Notes under the pieces: model-generated
Database searches by the model: none
Told to the model about the DNA's origin: nothing
What the model saw: only the letters and a program-made list of their open reading frames with translations
Part shown: positions 53,389 to 63,809 of the stretch, piece by piece
Layout: every line of letters starts with the position of its first letter
Numbering within the stretch: the stretch's first letter is position 1
DNA from: Pirellula sp.
GTDB taxonomy: Bacteria; Planctomycetota; Planctomycetia; Pirellulales; Pirellulaceae
Reading direction: 5' to 3'
Length of the DNA stretch: 64,000 nucleotides
Assembly (NCBI GenBank): GCA_041752005.1
Contig: JBGSHV010000015.1
Coordinates: 22,765-86,764 of the forward strand
Program-made: the position numbers and the translations under genes

Positions 53389-54915
53389 TTACGGCGGAGA
53401 GAGCATGACCTCGCCGATGGGCGAGGCTTCGAGGACGCCTGTGAGTTTCTCGTCCAATCCGCCGTGGAAATAGGTCAAGCGGCGGTGATCGAGTCCCATC
53501 AAGTGGAGGATCGTGGCGTGCAGATCGCGCAAGTGGCGTGGATGTTCCACAGCAGCTTCGCCAATCTCGTCGGTGGCCCCATATGTGCATCCGCCACGGA
53601 CACCGGCACCGGCGAGCCAATACGTGAAACCCTTAGGATTGTGATCGCGTCCTCCAGGTTTGCCGCCCGTATTGAAGGTTTCGGAAACGGGCATCCGACC
53701 GAATTCGCCACCCCATACGACCAAGGTCGATTCCAGCAGCCCACGTTGTTCGAGGTCTTGCAACAAGGCGGCGATAGGCCGATCGACTTCGGGGCAATGC
53801 AGCTTCAGATTTTCTTCGATCCCGTGATGTCCATCCCACGTGTTCTGTCCGCCAGCATTCCCACCCCCTGAATAAATTTGGATGAAGCGAACGCCGCGTT
53901 CGACCAAGCGACGCGCGATCAAGCATTGGCGTCCGAATGGGGCTGGTCCCAGAGCCAGGGAATGCCAGTCCGGTTTGGGTTCATTCACTCCATATGCCGC
54001 AAGTGTGTCTTCGGTCTCTTGACTCAAGTCGAGGGCTTCGGGTGCGGACATTTGCAATTGATACGCCAACTCGTAACTCGAGATCCTAGCGGTCAGCTCC
54101 GATTCGTGACCATGCTCGGCTTGATGCGATCGATTGAGCTCGTTGATCAAATCAATTTCGCGTCGCTGCATCGAACGCGTGATCCCCGATGGAGGATGCA
54201 GATGCAGGATCGGTTCGTTAGCCGTGCGCAACAACGTTCCTTGATACGCTGCCGGCATGTAACCGCTCGACCAATTGGGTGATCCACTGGTCGGACCGCC
54301 GCGCGGGTCGAGCATGACGACGTAGCCTGGCAGGTTCTGATTGATCGAACCCAAACCGTAGGTTAGCCAAGAGCCGAGTGACGGATGCCCTTGCAAAGTA
54401 CGTCCGCAGTTGATTTCCAGCAGTGCGCTACCATGAGCGAATGAGTCACTGGTCAACGAATGCAGGACCGCCAACTTGTCCATGTGATTGGCGATATTGG
54501 GAAACGCATCGGAACACCACAAACCCGATTGGCCATGCCGAGCAAAGCTGCGTCGACTTGCCTGCAATACCGCCGCGGTCTTCGCTCCACGACGAAACTC
54601 ATTGTCGATCGACTGACCATCCCGAGCCTGCAACTCCGGTTTGTAATCGAATAGATCGACTTGCGATGGCCCTCCGAACATGAATAAGAAGATGACCGAT
54701 TTGGCTGGCGTCGCGTGCATCGGTGGCTTGGGGTCCATGGGTTGGCCGACATCCGCAGCCCGCGCAGCTCCGCCGACGCTTCGAGTCGCCTCTTGTTGGA
54801 GCAAGGACATCAGGGCCAACGAACCAAAGCCCGCCCCAGCCGAAGTACAGAAGTTTCTCCGGGATATCGACGATTGTCCGGTGGGCCAATGATCTTCAGG
54901 ACGCATACGGATCAA
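53389..54915 (-). CDS. DUF1501 family protein (sulfatase-fold, Tat-signal-like N terminus)
   Basis: SRRNFCTSAGAGFGSLAL, FMFGGPSQVDLFDYKP, WGGEFGRMP, GRDHN. There is a 4-nt overlap with the upstream DUF1553 gene. Confidence 0.92.
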   Translation of the reverse strand: MIRMRPEDHWPTGQSSISRRNFCTSAGAGFGSLALMSLLQQEATRSVGGAARAADVGQPMDPKPPMHATPAKSVIFLFMFGGPSQVDLFDYKPELQARDGQSIDNEFRRGAKTAAVLQASRRSFARHGQSGLWCSDAFPNIANHMDKLAVLHSLTSDSFAHGSALLEINCGRTLQGHPSLGSWLTYGLGSINQNLPGYVVMLDPRGGPTSGSPNWSSGYMPAAYQGTLLRTANEPILHLHPPSGITRSMQRREIDLINELNRSHQAEHGHESELTARISSYELAYQLQMSAPEALDLSQETEDTLAAYGVNEPKPDWHSLALGPAPFGRQCLIARRLVERGVRFIQIYSGGGNAGGQNTWDGHHGIEENLKLHCPEVDRPIAALLQDLEQRGLLESTLVVWGGEFGRMPVSETFNTGGKPGGRDHNPKGFTYWLAGAGVRGGCTYGATDEIGEAAVEHPRHLRDLHATILHLMGLDHRRLTYFHGGLDEKLTGVLEASPIGEVMLSPP

Positions 54916-57416
54916 TCGATGTAAAGGAACTCACTCGTATTGAGCAACGCATGGCATGTGCGAATCCATTCCGATTCGATTGTCGATGCGTTTCTATGGC
55001 CGTCTAACGAGACGGCATCGGAAAGGAAGTTCGTGATTGCCGCCCGCTCGCTGGGTGTCGGCGAACGCTGATAGACAATCCGCCATAGAACTTCCTGGCG
55101 ATCGCTACCGGATGATTTGGCCACGTCGCACACTCGGCGCGCCAAGCCTTCGGCTTGGATATTCACCCAAGGATCGTTGAGCAGTAGTAAAGCTTGTGGC
55201 GCCGTCGTGGTCACCGAACGCACCCCCGTGGGAGAGGTGCTATTGACGAAGTCGAGCGTTTCCAAGAACGGGATTTTGAGCGATCGTTTGACGGTCAGAT
55301 AAATACTGCGGCAATTGTGCTCTTCGAACGGGCTGTCGATCCATCCGGACAGCGAGACGGGATTGGCTGAGTCGCGAACCTCATTGGATAACGTTGGAAA
55401 GACGCTCGGTCCCGAGTGCTTGCCCCCCAAATTACCTGCAGCCTGAAGCATGCTGTCCCGGATCGACTCGGCATCCAAACGACGAACACGCTGTCGCCAA
55501 AAATATTGCACTTCGGGATCGAACGCCGCGATGGCCGCTTGCGATTCGGGTACGCTCGATGCCATTCGATAGGCTCGGCTCCGCATGAGGATCCGATGCA
55601 TGCGATGGACTGACCAACCGGATCGCACGAATTCGGAGGCCAAGTAATCCAGGAGCTCGGGATGGCTAGGTAAACTCCCGGTCCGACCAAAGTCGTCGGT
55701 CGTAGCCACGATGCCCCGCCCGAAGTGTCGCTCCCACAATCGATTGACCATCACCCTCGCGGTCAAAGGATTCTCAGGACTAGCGATCCATCGCGCCAGA
55801 CCTAAACGGTTTTGGGCAACCGCGCTGTGCATGGTTGCAGACTTCGGCGCATCGGTGTGTTTAAGAAAGATCTCAGGTGTGCATGGAGAGACGGTATCCC
55901 TTGGTTCGTGCGCATCGCCTCGATGCAGGACAAACGTCGGTTTGGGACCGGATGGGTTTTCATTGACCGATAGGGCTGCGTCAAAGGGAGGGACTGAATT
56001 CTGTTGCTCGACGATCTGTCCTTCGATCCCGAGGCGAACTGCAGGATCAACGGTTTGCTCGAGCAAAGAGCGCAGTTGCTCAATCCGCTGCTGTCGTTGA
56101 GTGTCCCAGGCTTGGCTCTTCTCATCGGAAACCAAGAAGCGTTGGATGCGCCCCGTGCCTCGTCCTCCTCCTCCTTTTTTGGGGAGACCGTATGGATCGA
56201 TGTCGCGTGTGAAACTCAATAGTGCGTAGTAGTCGCGCTGGCTGATCGGGTCGAACTTGTGATCATGACAGCGTGCGCAGCCGATGGTCAGCCCGAGAAA
56301 GGCGGTGCCGAGCGTGACCATGACATCGTCGGCTTCATCGAATTCAGCTTGATCGGCATCATCGGGTTCGTCATCCCAAGCGTGCAGTCGGTAAAAGCCG
56401 GTGGCGATGATGGCATCTCGCCAATCTTCAATGTTTTGAGTGTCGGACCATCCGTTCTCTTGGGCCCATTGATCCCCAGCCAATTGTTCGACGACAAACC
56501 GATCGTATGGCTTGTCGGACGCAAAGGACCGGATCACATAATCGCGATACCGCCATGCATGGGGTTTGGGACCATCACGTTCGTACCCATTGGTTTCTGC
56601 ATACCGCACCCAATCGAGCCAATGTCGGCCCCATCGTTCACCATAATGATGCGAGGCCAGCAGTGAATCGATGAGCGCGTTCCAGGCTGCATCGCTAGGG
56701 TCCCGTTCGAACGCCACGACCGCCTCAGGCGGAGGTGGCAATCCCCAAAGATCGTAGTAGGCGCGACGGACCAAGGATCGGGGCGATGCTTCGGGATTGA
56801 CGCCGACGGAAATCCCTTGTTCGCGAGCGATCGATTCCAAACGCTGTTCAAGCAAAGCGTCGATGCGTTGGGTCGCGGCATTGATGGATTCCGAGATCTC
56901 GACGGTTTCCAAAGGTTTCGTGACTGAGGCGGGAAGGGGTTGGAAGGCCCAGTAGGAAATGTCCTCGGGTGTGATGGTGAAAATACGGTTCCGCTTCTTA
57001 GGTCCCGATGTGGCTAAGCCATCACTTGCGACCGGAGTCCGAGGGTCGAAAGCACCCGTCGCTATCCACTGCTCGATGCGATCAATTGCCTCGGTCGAAA
57101 CGACTTTTCCTGTGTCAGGCGGTGGCATGACCGTATCGGGATCGGTGGATCTCAAGACTTGGATCAACAAGCTCGCATCGGGTTTGCCGGGTTCAATCGC
57201 ACCCGACTCCATCCATCCCTCGCGATCGCTCAGTCGCACGTCGCCCTTGGGGTCTTGGCCGCTGTGGCATTCGATGCAATACCGTTCAAGAAATGGGCGG
57301 ACGTGGTTTTCAAAGTGCACTTCACGGTCGTCGGCCAATGCAGCGGGCAACGCCGCAATCAACGCGCCGCAGGCCAGGACGCAAGCGCAGGTGTGTAGGC
57401 ATTTCGAAAGGTACAT
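54912..57416 (-). CDS. PSCyt1 / DUF1549 / DUF1553 (planctomycete cytochrome-c-like) protein
   Basis: Signal. FENHVRPFLERYCIECHSGQDPKGDVRLS (CXXCH, PSCyt1). RRAYYDLWGLPP (DUF1549). CARCHDHKFDPISQRDYY, MVNRLWERHFGRGIV, terminal NTSEFLYID (DUF1553). Confidence 0.92.
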   Translation of the reverse strand: MYLSKCLHTCACVLACGALIAALPAALADDREVHFENHVRPFLERYCIECHSGQDPKGDVRLSDREGWMESGAIEPGKPDASLLIQVLRSTDPDTVMPPPDTGKVVSTEAIDRIEQWIATGAFDPRTPVASDGLATSGPKKRNRIFTITPEDISYWAFQPLPASVTKPLETVEISESINAATQRIDALLEQRLESIAREQGISVGVNPEASPRSLVRRAYYDLWGLPPPPEAVVAFERDPSDAAWNALIDSLLASHHYGERWGRHWLDWVRYAETNGYERDGPKPHAWRYRDYVIRSFASDKPYDRFVVEQLAGDQWAQENGWSDTQNIEDWRDAIIATGFYRLHAWDDEPDDADQAEFDEADDVMVTLGTAFLGLTIGCARCHDHKFDPISQRDYYALLSFTRDIDPYGLPKKGGGGRGTGRIQRFLVSDEKSQAWDTQRQQRIEQLRSLLEQTVDPAVRLGIEGQIVEQQNSVPPFDAALSVNENPSGPKPTFVLHRGDAHEPRDTVSPCTPEIFLKHTDAPKSATMHSAVAQNRLGLARWIASPENPLTARVMVNRLWERHFGRGIVATTDDFGRTGSLPSHPELLDYLASEFVRSGWSVHRMHRILMRSRAYRMASSVPESQAAIAAFDPEVQYFWRQRVRRLDAESIRDSMLQAAGNLGGKHSGPSVFPTLSNEVRDSANPVSLSGWIDSPFEEHNCRSIYLTVKRSLKIPFLETLDFVNSTSPTGVRSVTTTAPQALLLLNDPWVNIQAEGLARRVCDVAKSSGSDRQEVLWRIVYQRSPTPSERAAITNFLSDAVSLDGHRNASTIESEWIRTCHALLNTSEFLYID

Positions 57417-57518
57417 CGGAGTGGACTCCGGCGTTCCGAGTGTGGAACGCTTGGCGAACCCGAATGGGACTTGGAGGGAGGGGCAAGGATCGGGGTGGAT
57501 CAGCCACGCGGGATTGGC

Positions 57519-58544
57519 TCATCGCCAATTGAGTATAACTTTACCCGATTGGCCTTGCTGCATGATGGCGAAGCCTTTTTCAAATTCTGTGTACGGAAAG
57601 CGGTGCGTGATGACTTTGGAAATATCCAATCCGCTTTCCAGCATGGCAGTCATCTTGTACCACGTTTCGTACATTTCGCGGCCATAGATGCCTTGAATGC
57701 TCAGCATGTTGAACACGACGATATTCCAATCGATCGCGATCGGTTCCGAGGGAATTCCCAACATCGCGATCTTACCCCCGTGGCACATGGCGTCCAGCAT
57801 GGCACGCAATGCGGCGGGCGATCCGGACATTTCCAGTCCGACGTCGAAGCCTTCCTTCATGCCCAGTTCCTTTTGGACATCGGCCAGGCTTTGCGTGCGA
57901 GGATCGATCGCTCGGGTGGCACCCATTTGGCGAGCCAAGTCCAAGCGGTACGGGTTGAGGTCCGAGACGATCACATGCCGGGCCCCGGCATGCCGCACGA
58001 TGGCGGTCGCCATCAGTCCGATTGGACCAGCGCCCGTAATCAATACATCCTCGCCGAGGCAATCGTACATCAGCGCGGTATGGACGGCGTTGCCAAGCGG
58101 GTCGAAGATGGCCGCGACATCGCGATCGATCCCATCGTGATGATGCCAGACATTGGTCATGGGCAAGGAAATGTATTCGGCGAATGCGCCCGTCCGGTTG
58201 ACGCCGATGCCTTGCGTGTCCTTGCACAGTTGGCGCCGGCCAGCCAGGCAATTCCGGCAGCGACCGCATACCACGTGGCCTTCGCCAGATACGATTTCTC
58301 CGGGAAAGAAGTCCTTGACGTTGGAACCCACCTCAACGATCTCACCGACAAATTCGTGACCGACCACCATCGGTACGGGGATGGTTTTTTGAGCCCAAGC
58401 GTCCCAATTGTAAATGTGCAGGTCCGTTCCGCAGATTCCAGTTTTTTCGACACGGATCAAGCAATCGTTGATACCGATCTGAGGGAAGGGGACGTCTTGG
58501 AGTTCAAGACCGACTCCGCGAGTGTGCTTTACCAACGCTTTCAT
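57519..58544 (-). CDS. tdh: L-threonine 3-dehydrogenase
   Basis: MKALVK..., [55 protein letters not shown]. Full-length zinc-ADH pattern typical of Tdh. Confidence 0.93.
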   Translation of the reverse strand: MKALVKHTRGVGLELQDVPFPQIGINDCLIRVEKTGICGTDLHIYNWDAWAQKTIPVPMVVGHEFVGEIVEVGSNVKDFFPGEIVSGEGHVVCGRCRNCLAGRRQLCKDTQGIGVNRTGAFAEYISLPMTNVWHHHDGIDRDVAAIFDPLGNAVHTALMYDCLGEDVLITGAGPIGLMATAIVRHAGARHVIVSDLNPYRLDLARQMGATRAIDPRTQSLADVQKELGMKEGFDVGLEMSGSPAALRAMLDAMCHGGKIAMLGIPSEPIAIDWNIVVFNMLSIQGIYGREMYETWYKMTAMLESGLDISKVITHRFPYTEFEKGFAIMQQGQSGKVILNWR

Positions 58545-58863
58545 GCGAGAACCCGTTCAAGGGGTAGGAGGCCAGGAATCATGCGACTCCCATGAGTCTG
58601 CGTGCTTCCCAAGTAACCGGAAAGGTGGAATGATAAATGGGGATTGGATTTCCGTCGACGCACCATCGCAACTCTGGAAAAATCCTTGCTCGGGCATTGA
58701 TGGACCGATCGCGTTGCTGCCTGCGCCGCTAGTCTAGGGCGTTGAAATGGGTTTCAAGGGAACCCGCCAGTGATTAGGCTGTTCTGCGCGAACGATTTTT
58801 AAGGTAGGATGCGCGGTTTCCGCGTCCCGGATGTTGGGGGGGTAGGTTTCGGCAACGGCGTCC

Positions 58864-60306
58864 ATGAGCGAGTTCCTCTTTTATTACGTTCGACCTGAGC
58901 CACCGACATGGGTCTTCCTATCCATCTTTTCGGTGATAGGTATCTTCGTCGTTTTTCGACGATTCTGGTCCCTCCGCAACCTGGACATTTTACTCGTCCT
59001 CGCCTTCACGCCCGGCTTCATGATGGTTTACGAAGGCCGCAAGGCGGTCTTGGCCAAGCCGGCGGAGGCCGCGATCGATAAATCGGCCCAGCGGACTTCG
59101 GGGGACATTTTGGCGCCGAACGAAGCCTCTGCAGCAACGCCGTCCGCCGCGACTTCGCCAAACATGACCCTGAAGATCACAGGTTGGACCCCTAGAACGC
59201 TGCTCCACTCCGGTTTTCTATGGTTGTTGTGCTGCGCTGGATTGCTGACACTGCGCATGCTGCTCGACACCGCCATCGTGCGGCGACCGCTTCTCGAACC
59301 CAACCTCAACAGTGGTGGCATGCTGTTCATCGGCATTTCACTGATGATCTTTTTGCTGGTCAACGTGGCCATGAGTACCCGGAACGAAAATCGCAAGCAA
59401 GGTCCAGACCTCGGGCCTGGCTATGTGCTGCTCAGTGCGTTGCCGCAGATTTCCACCGTCACTGACCGCCCCCCGCGCGGAACCGATGTCGCGAGTGCGT
59501 CCGATACGGGCCGCGAATCCAATCTCGATATGATTGCCCGTATCCTGGCCATTGTCGCCAACGCCCTGTTGGTCCTATGCATCGTTGGGATTGGCTACTG
59601 GCACTTCGGTAACTTTGGGACAGGCGTGGGGGCGGCCACTTTCTATTTGCTTCTTCCCTACACTGCACACACCACGGGTCGGGTCGATCACGTCGTCCCC
59701 GGCGCGCTGTTGCTGCTCGCTTTGATGCTCTACCGACAACCCTTCGTTGCCGGGTTGTTTTTGGGGTGCGCTGCCGGGGTCATGTACTACCCCTTTTCCT
59801 TGTTGCCTTTATGGTGCAGTTTTTATTGGCAGCGCGGCATCCGTCGGTTCGCCTCAGGATTTGCAGTCTCCGTCGCCGCCTTGGTCATCGCCATGGCCAT
59901 CATTTACCCCGACGACTTAGCGAATCACTTGAGCTACATGTTCGGTATCAAACGTGTCGCCATGAAAAACATGGACGGTATCTGGGGCTTGGGCTGGCAT
60001 CCTTTTGCTCGCATCCCCATCATCGTGTTGTTCATCCTGCTGAGTTTGTCCTTTGTGGTTTGGCCCGCACAGAAGAATCTCGCCACCCTCATGAGTTGTT
60101 CGGCGGCGCTGATGGCGGCCACTCAGTTCTGGCACGGCTTCGGTGGCGGACTCTACATGGCTTGGTTCCTACCGTTGGCCATCCTGACTATTTTCCGGCC
60201 CAACCTAGATTATTGCGTGGCCCTCGAAGTGGTCCGACAGATGAAGACCAGAGGCAAAGGGGGCAAGCCCAAGGAGCCTGATCCGCCGTTGGCGGCCGCA
60301 GGCTGA
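58864..60306 (+). CDS. Polytopic hypothetical membrane protein (possibly GT-C/DUF2029-like)
   Basis: At least 9 hydrophobic helices, with an internal Ala/Ser/Thr-rich loop. No catalytic motif confidently recognised. Confidence 0.7.
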   Translation: MSEFLFYYVRPEPPTWVFLSIFSVIGIFVVFRRFWSLRNLDILLVLAFTPGFMMVYEGRKAVLAKPAEAAIDKSAQRTSGDILAPNEASAATPSAATSPNMTLKITGWTPRTLLHSGFLWLLCCAGLLTLRMLLDTAIVRRPLLEPNLNSGGMLFIGISLMIFLLVNVAMSTRNENRKQGPDLGPGYVLLSALPQISTVTDRPPRGTDVASASDTGRESNLDMIARILAIVANALLVLCIVGIGYWHFGNFGTGVGAATFYLLLPYTAHTTGRVDHVVPGALLLLALMLYRQPFVAGLFLGCAAGVMYYPFSLLPLWCSFYWQRGIRRFASGFAVSVAALVIAMAIIYPDDLANHLSYMFGIKRVAMKNMDGIWGLGWHPFARIPIIVLFILLSLSFVVWPAQKNLATLMSCSAALMAATQFWHGFGGGLYMAWFLPLAILTIFRPNLDYCVALEVVRQMKTRGKGGKPKEPDPPLAAAG

Positions 60307-60311
60307 CGTCC

Positions 60312-61442
60312 CTAACGCGGGGTCCAAGTCGCTTGTCCCGGTCCTGGCTTGCGCAGATGGATTTCTTTTCGATTGACCATGGTGGTTCCATCTTCACCGA
60401 CGAATCGAGCGTAAACAACGATCGTGCTTCCTTCAGGAACCACCTCGTTCCAAGTCAATTGCAAATGCGCGCCCTGGTCGCTTCCGATCGGCTCGCGCAT
60501 CTCTGCGAGTTCCGCAGGTGTGAATTCCCATCGTCCAATGCGGCGAGCTTCGGTCTCGGAAACCGGTTCTTCAATCACGATGGTCAGCGACCCATTGGCT
60601 GGAACAAATTGCTTGGCACCATTGCGCGGTACCAAAACCAGATAGAGTCCATCGTCGCCAGGCGTACCGTCGAGGTTATGACCTCGGCACAATGTCGGAT
60701 GAAATTCAATCTCGCGGACATGCGGATCTTTCGGTGTCGCAGCGACCGTCCGTTTCTCCACGGCCGATGCAAGTTGAACGGGCGAAGCGATTCGTCGTTG
60801 CTCGATCGAAGCGTCCGAAACATCGCTCGGCAATCCCGCCGGTGCCTTGCGTCGTAACGGTTCTTTTACACCGGACGGTTGCCCTGGCAGACTGGTCGGT
60901 TGCCCTGGTAGCACTTCTGCGGGCGGTATGCTGGCGGGCGGGATACTGGGAGTCTGTAAGGTTGGCTGTGTGCCGAGTGGCGGAGAAGTGGGGGCTGCAT
61001 TTGTTGGGCTCGGAGAGGCACCGTTGGGCTTGGTTGGGACGATGACTTCCGGCACCTCAAGCTCCATGAGCGAGGAATTGTTTTCGCTATCCAATCGCAG
61101 AGGTGGCGGTCCGCGCAGGATCGGCTCGGCAACGCCTGGAAAGTCCGAACCCGGTCGCGTGCTGAGTTGCTCTCGAGCGGGTTGCTTGGCGTCGCGAAGC
61201 CGCGATTCGAGTTCTTGATTGATGCGGCGAAGATCTTTTAGTTCGTTCTCCATCGCATTGAACTCGGCATCGCACTCGTACACGATGTCTTCCAGCGAAC
61301 GAATTTCGCTCGTTAAATTCTCAACATAGAGTTCAGTGATTGCCTGTTGACGGCATCCGCTGGATACGAGCGCGAGCGAAACCAGACCACCGCAGAGGCT
61401 GGCAACTGATAATCTTCGCAATGCGTTGGATGGTTGGTTCAT
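60312..61442 (-). CDS. Lipoprotein with an N-terminal coiled coil, a Pro-rich linker and a C-terminal beta-rich domain (hypothetical)
   Basis: Lipobox LALVSSGC. Heptad-like ENLTSEIRSLEDIVYECDAEFNAMENELKDLRRINQELESRLRDAK. Pro/Ser/Thr linker. Confidence 0.7.
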   Translation of the reverse strand: MNQPSNALRRLSVASLCGGLVSLALVSSGCRQQAITELYVENLTSEIRSLEDIVYECDAEFNAMENELKDLRRINQELESRLRDAKQPAREQLSTRPGSDFPGVAEPILRGPPPLRLDSENNSSLMELEVPEVIVPTKPNGASPSPTNAAPTSPPLGTQPTLQTPSIPPASIPPAEVLPGQPTSLPGQPSGVKEPLRRKAPAGLPSDVSDASIEQRRIASPVQLASAVEKRTVAATPKDPHVREIEFHPTLCRGHNLDGTPGDDGLYLVLVPRNGAKQFVPANGSLTIVIEEPVSETEARRIGRWEFTPAELAEMREPIGSDQGAHLQLTWNEVVPEGSTIVVYARFVGEDGTTMVNRKEIHLRKPGPGQATWTPR

Positions 61443-61771
61443 TCGGTGTTTGGATAGGAATCCGATTCGCGCAAGTACGTCCGTGGGAGTAGCGGAAAAA
61501 CAAAGGACGCGTCAAGACAGATCGCTTCAAATCCTGTGTCCTGAGAATCTGCAAGCAGGAATGGCATCAAAAACGGAAAGATGGATAATCTGCACAGCCT
61601 GAGACGAGGTGGTTTAGGGTATCTGAAGCGACTATTCCGAAAAAGCGAACTTTTCGGTCAAGTCGCGAGGGGGCGTCGACCGAAACCCAACGGTGGGGAG
61701 AAAGCGTACGGTTCGACCGTACATGCCGCACAACTTACGAACCAATTCCCACAACCCCAGTCCAACCACTC

Positions 61772-62311
61772 ATGAGCCTAATAACCATCACTGTTCCTCG
61801 ATTTCCCAACCTACGCATCAGCCTAGCCATGGTCCTGATCCTGTTGCCGTTGAGCGGATGCGCAACCCTGATGGGTCGTCCGCGAGGTCCGATGGAAGAG
61901 ATCGATCTCACGCAGATCAAAAAAGAGGGTTACACGATGGGTAGTCACGGAGTCATGCAAGCGTTACCCACCGGTGACGAAGCTCCTTCCATCGTACTGG
62001 AAGTCAACAATGGTAAACGGAGTTTCGAGCGTGTTCCATTGACTCCCAACCAACCCATGTTTGTCGCAGACCTGTTGCGAGATGCGAAGCTCATCAGCCG
62101 CGTTGGGCGGATCAGGGTGGCGGTTCTTCGGCCGAATGGCGACAAGCCGCCAGTACGCTTGGATATCGATTTCGATCCTTCGGGTAAACGCGTGAAGGAC
62201 GGAATGAACTACTCGTTGAGGCCAGGAGATCATGTCGTCGTCAATTCAGATAGTCGCGGCATGTTCGCCCAGTTCGCCGGCAGCAATATCTTCACCAAGA
62301 ACGCCAAGTAG
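61772..62311 (+). CDS. Small lipoprotein (hypothetical)
   Basis: Lipobox LILLPLSGC. The stop is 3 nt before the AEC transporter start. Confidence 0.65.
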   Translation: MSLITITVPRFPNLRISLAMVLILLPLSGCATLMGRPRGPMEEIDLTQIKKEGYTMGSHGVMQALPTGDEAPSIVLEVNNGKRSFERVPLTPNQPMFVADLLRDAKLISRVGRIRVAVLRPNGDKPPVRLDIDFDPSGKRVKDGMNYSLRPGDHVVVNSDSRGMFAQFAGSNIFTKNAK

Positions 62312-62314
62312 GTC

Positions 62315-63280
62315 TTGATGCAACCGGACTTGTTGAATGTTGTCTCGACCGTAACGGCGGTCTTCCTAGTCATGGTTGTCGGTGGTTTTGCCCGCCACTG
62401 GAAATGGTTTACGAGCGAGGCAGATCGCTCGCTGGCCGGCTTCACCTCGATGGTTCTAGTGCCGGCGCTATTCTTTCATCGCATCCTTTCTGATTCGAAC
62501 TTGTCCATGCGCTCCGACGCTTGGCTGCCTGCATTGTATGGGTTCGCATGCACAGCCGGTGGATTCATGATCGCGTTGGCGATCGTAGGGTTGGTCGGTG
62601 CCCACTTCGGGCTGCGGACTGATTCTCAGAAGAAAACATTTTCGCTGTGCGCTGGGATCGATAACTATGGGTACATCCCGTTGCCGTTGGCCGAGGTCTT
62701 TTTTCCCGCCAGTGTGGTGACCTTGATGATCCACAATGTAGGGGTGGACATTGCCCTGTGGAGCGTTGGATTGTTCATCATTTCAGGCAAGGGCATTGGG
62801 CAAACATGGACGCGGGTTGTTTTGAGCCCGCCTTTATTGGCCGTCGCGCTAGCGTTGGGACTCAAGCAATTCGGGATCGGTGACTGGGTTCCGAGTCCGT
62901 TCATGCAGATGTGCAATCAATTGGGGCGCTGCGCAATTCCGATGGGCCTGGTTCTCAGTGGCGCCATTATTTATGACTTCGCAGGCCGCTTCCGATGGTC
63001 GACGGCATGGCGACCTCTGCTTTTGTCGTTGGCGGTTCGCATGCTGCTGCTGCCCATGTTGATCGGGATGTTGGCCTGGACGACGAAAATGGTGGAGCTT
63101 CAGCATGTGCTCCTGTTGCAAGCGGCCATGCCGGCGGCGACGTTTCCGATCGTAATGACGCGCCTGTACGATCAAGACATCGAGACAGCGTGGACGGTGG
63201 TCGTGGGCACCTCGGTCGTATCCCTATTTACGATCCCGCTTTGGCTGTTGCTGGCCCCGCAGTGGATTGTGGCCCCGTGA
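62315..63280 (+). CDS. AEC (auxin efflux carrier) family transporter
   Basis: About 10 TMs. The N-terminal VVSTVTAVFLVMVVGGFARHWKWFTSEADRSLAGFTSMVLVPALFFHRIL and the C-terminal LLQAAMPAATFPIVMTRLY resemble the PF03547-type pattern. Confidence 0.88.
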   Translation: MMQPDLLNVVSTVTAVFLVMVVGGFARHWKWFTSEADRSLAGFTSMVLVPALFFHRILSDSNLSMRSDAWLPALYGFACTAGGFMIALAIVGLVGAHFGLRTDSQKKTFSLCAGIDNYGYIPLPLAEVFFPASVVTLMIHNVGVDIALWSVGLFIISGKGIGQTWTRVVLSPPLLAVALALGLKQFGIGDWVPSPFMQMCNQLGRCAIPMGLVLSGAIIYDFAGRFRWSTAWRPLLLSLAVRMLLLPMLIGMLAWTTKMVELQHVLLLQAAMPAATFPIVMTRLYDQDIETAWTVVVGTSVVSLFTIPLWLLLAPQWIVAP

Positions 63281-63289
63281 AGAATCGCG

Positions 63290-63314
63290 TTGCGTGTTTC
63301 CACGCGAATTTTTT
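63290..63314 (+). terminator. Rho-independent terminator after the AEC transporter gene
   Basis: The stem TTGCGTG / CACGCGA (5 GC-rich bp plus G-U and U-A) has a TTTC loop and is followed by TTTTTT. It begins 10 nt after the stop codon. Confidence 0.6.
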
Positions 63315-63326
63315 GCGAGCAGGTTT

Positions 63327-63809
63327 CTAGCGAGCAGGCTTTTTCTTAGCGTTCTTCTGATGCAGCGCCAGGACTTTCTCGCGATCGGTGAGCATGCGTT
63401 CGCGAGCGAGACAGGCCAATGCCCACGCGTTCTTTTTACCGTACCTCTGCCATGCAAAACTGATTTTTCGGCGTTTGCCTTCCTCATCGATCCAGGAAGC
63501 GCAGTAACCAAAGGATTCAGCATTCTTCCATCGGTCATCGACGTTCCGAACCAAATGCACACCGACTTTGCCGCTCGAATTGCGGCGGGTGCGCACGCCT
63601 TTGGTGCTGGCGATCGGCGGGGCCGTTTCCAGCCACTGGGCGTAGCAATCCTTGGCCGCCTTGAGCGACTTCGTCTTACCACCGTAGGTCTTGTCGTTGA
63701 AGAACTGTTGCTGGCGTTTTCCCTGCCGCGTCAATCGAACCAACCAGCCGCGCGTCGCGACCCCTTCGTACTCGATGCGGGTAGTTCCCTTGTGTGATTT
63801 AGATGCCAT
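63327..63809 (-). CDS. Tandem AP2-domain DNA-binding protein
   Basis: There are two AP2-like units: YEGVATRGWLVRLTRQGKRQQQFFNDKTYGGKTKSLKAAKDCY and VGVHLVRN...YCASWIDEEGKRRKISFAWQRYGKKNAWALACLARE. Both follow the GV......W.a.i...gk......f...g...A...a pattern. Basic tail. Confidence 0.72.
   Translation of the reverse strand: MASKSHKGTTRIEYEGVATRGWLVRLTRQGKRQQQFFNDKTYGGKTKSLKAAKDCYAQWLETAPPIASTKGVRTRRNSSGKVGVHLVRNVDDRWKNAESFGYCASWIDEEGKRRKISFAWQRYGKKNAWALACLARERMLTDREKVLALHQKNAKKKPAR

Noticed and set aside
57471-58595. 374-aa plus-strand ORF
   Set aside because: It is exactly antisense to tdh, whose identity is unambiguous. It has no motifs and a skewed composition (many Asp, His, Arg, Gly).
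61530-61640. TPP-riboswitch-like CTGAGA boxes in the 61443-61771 leader
   Set aside because: Only the hexamer matches. The pyrimidine-sensor helix and the ACCUGAUCUGGAUAAUGCCAGCG-type consensus are absent.
61706-61722. tRNA T-arm-like GGTTCGACC sequence
   Set aside because: The loop is 5 nt rather than 7. No acceptor, D or anticodon arms can be drawn around it. No tRNA was found anywhere in the window.
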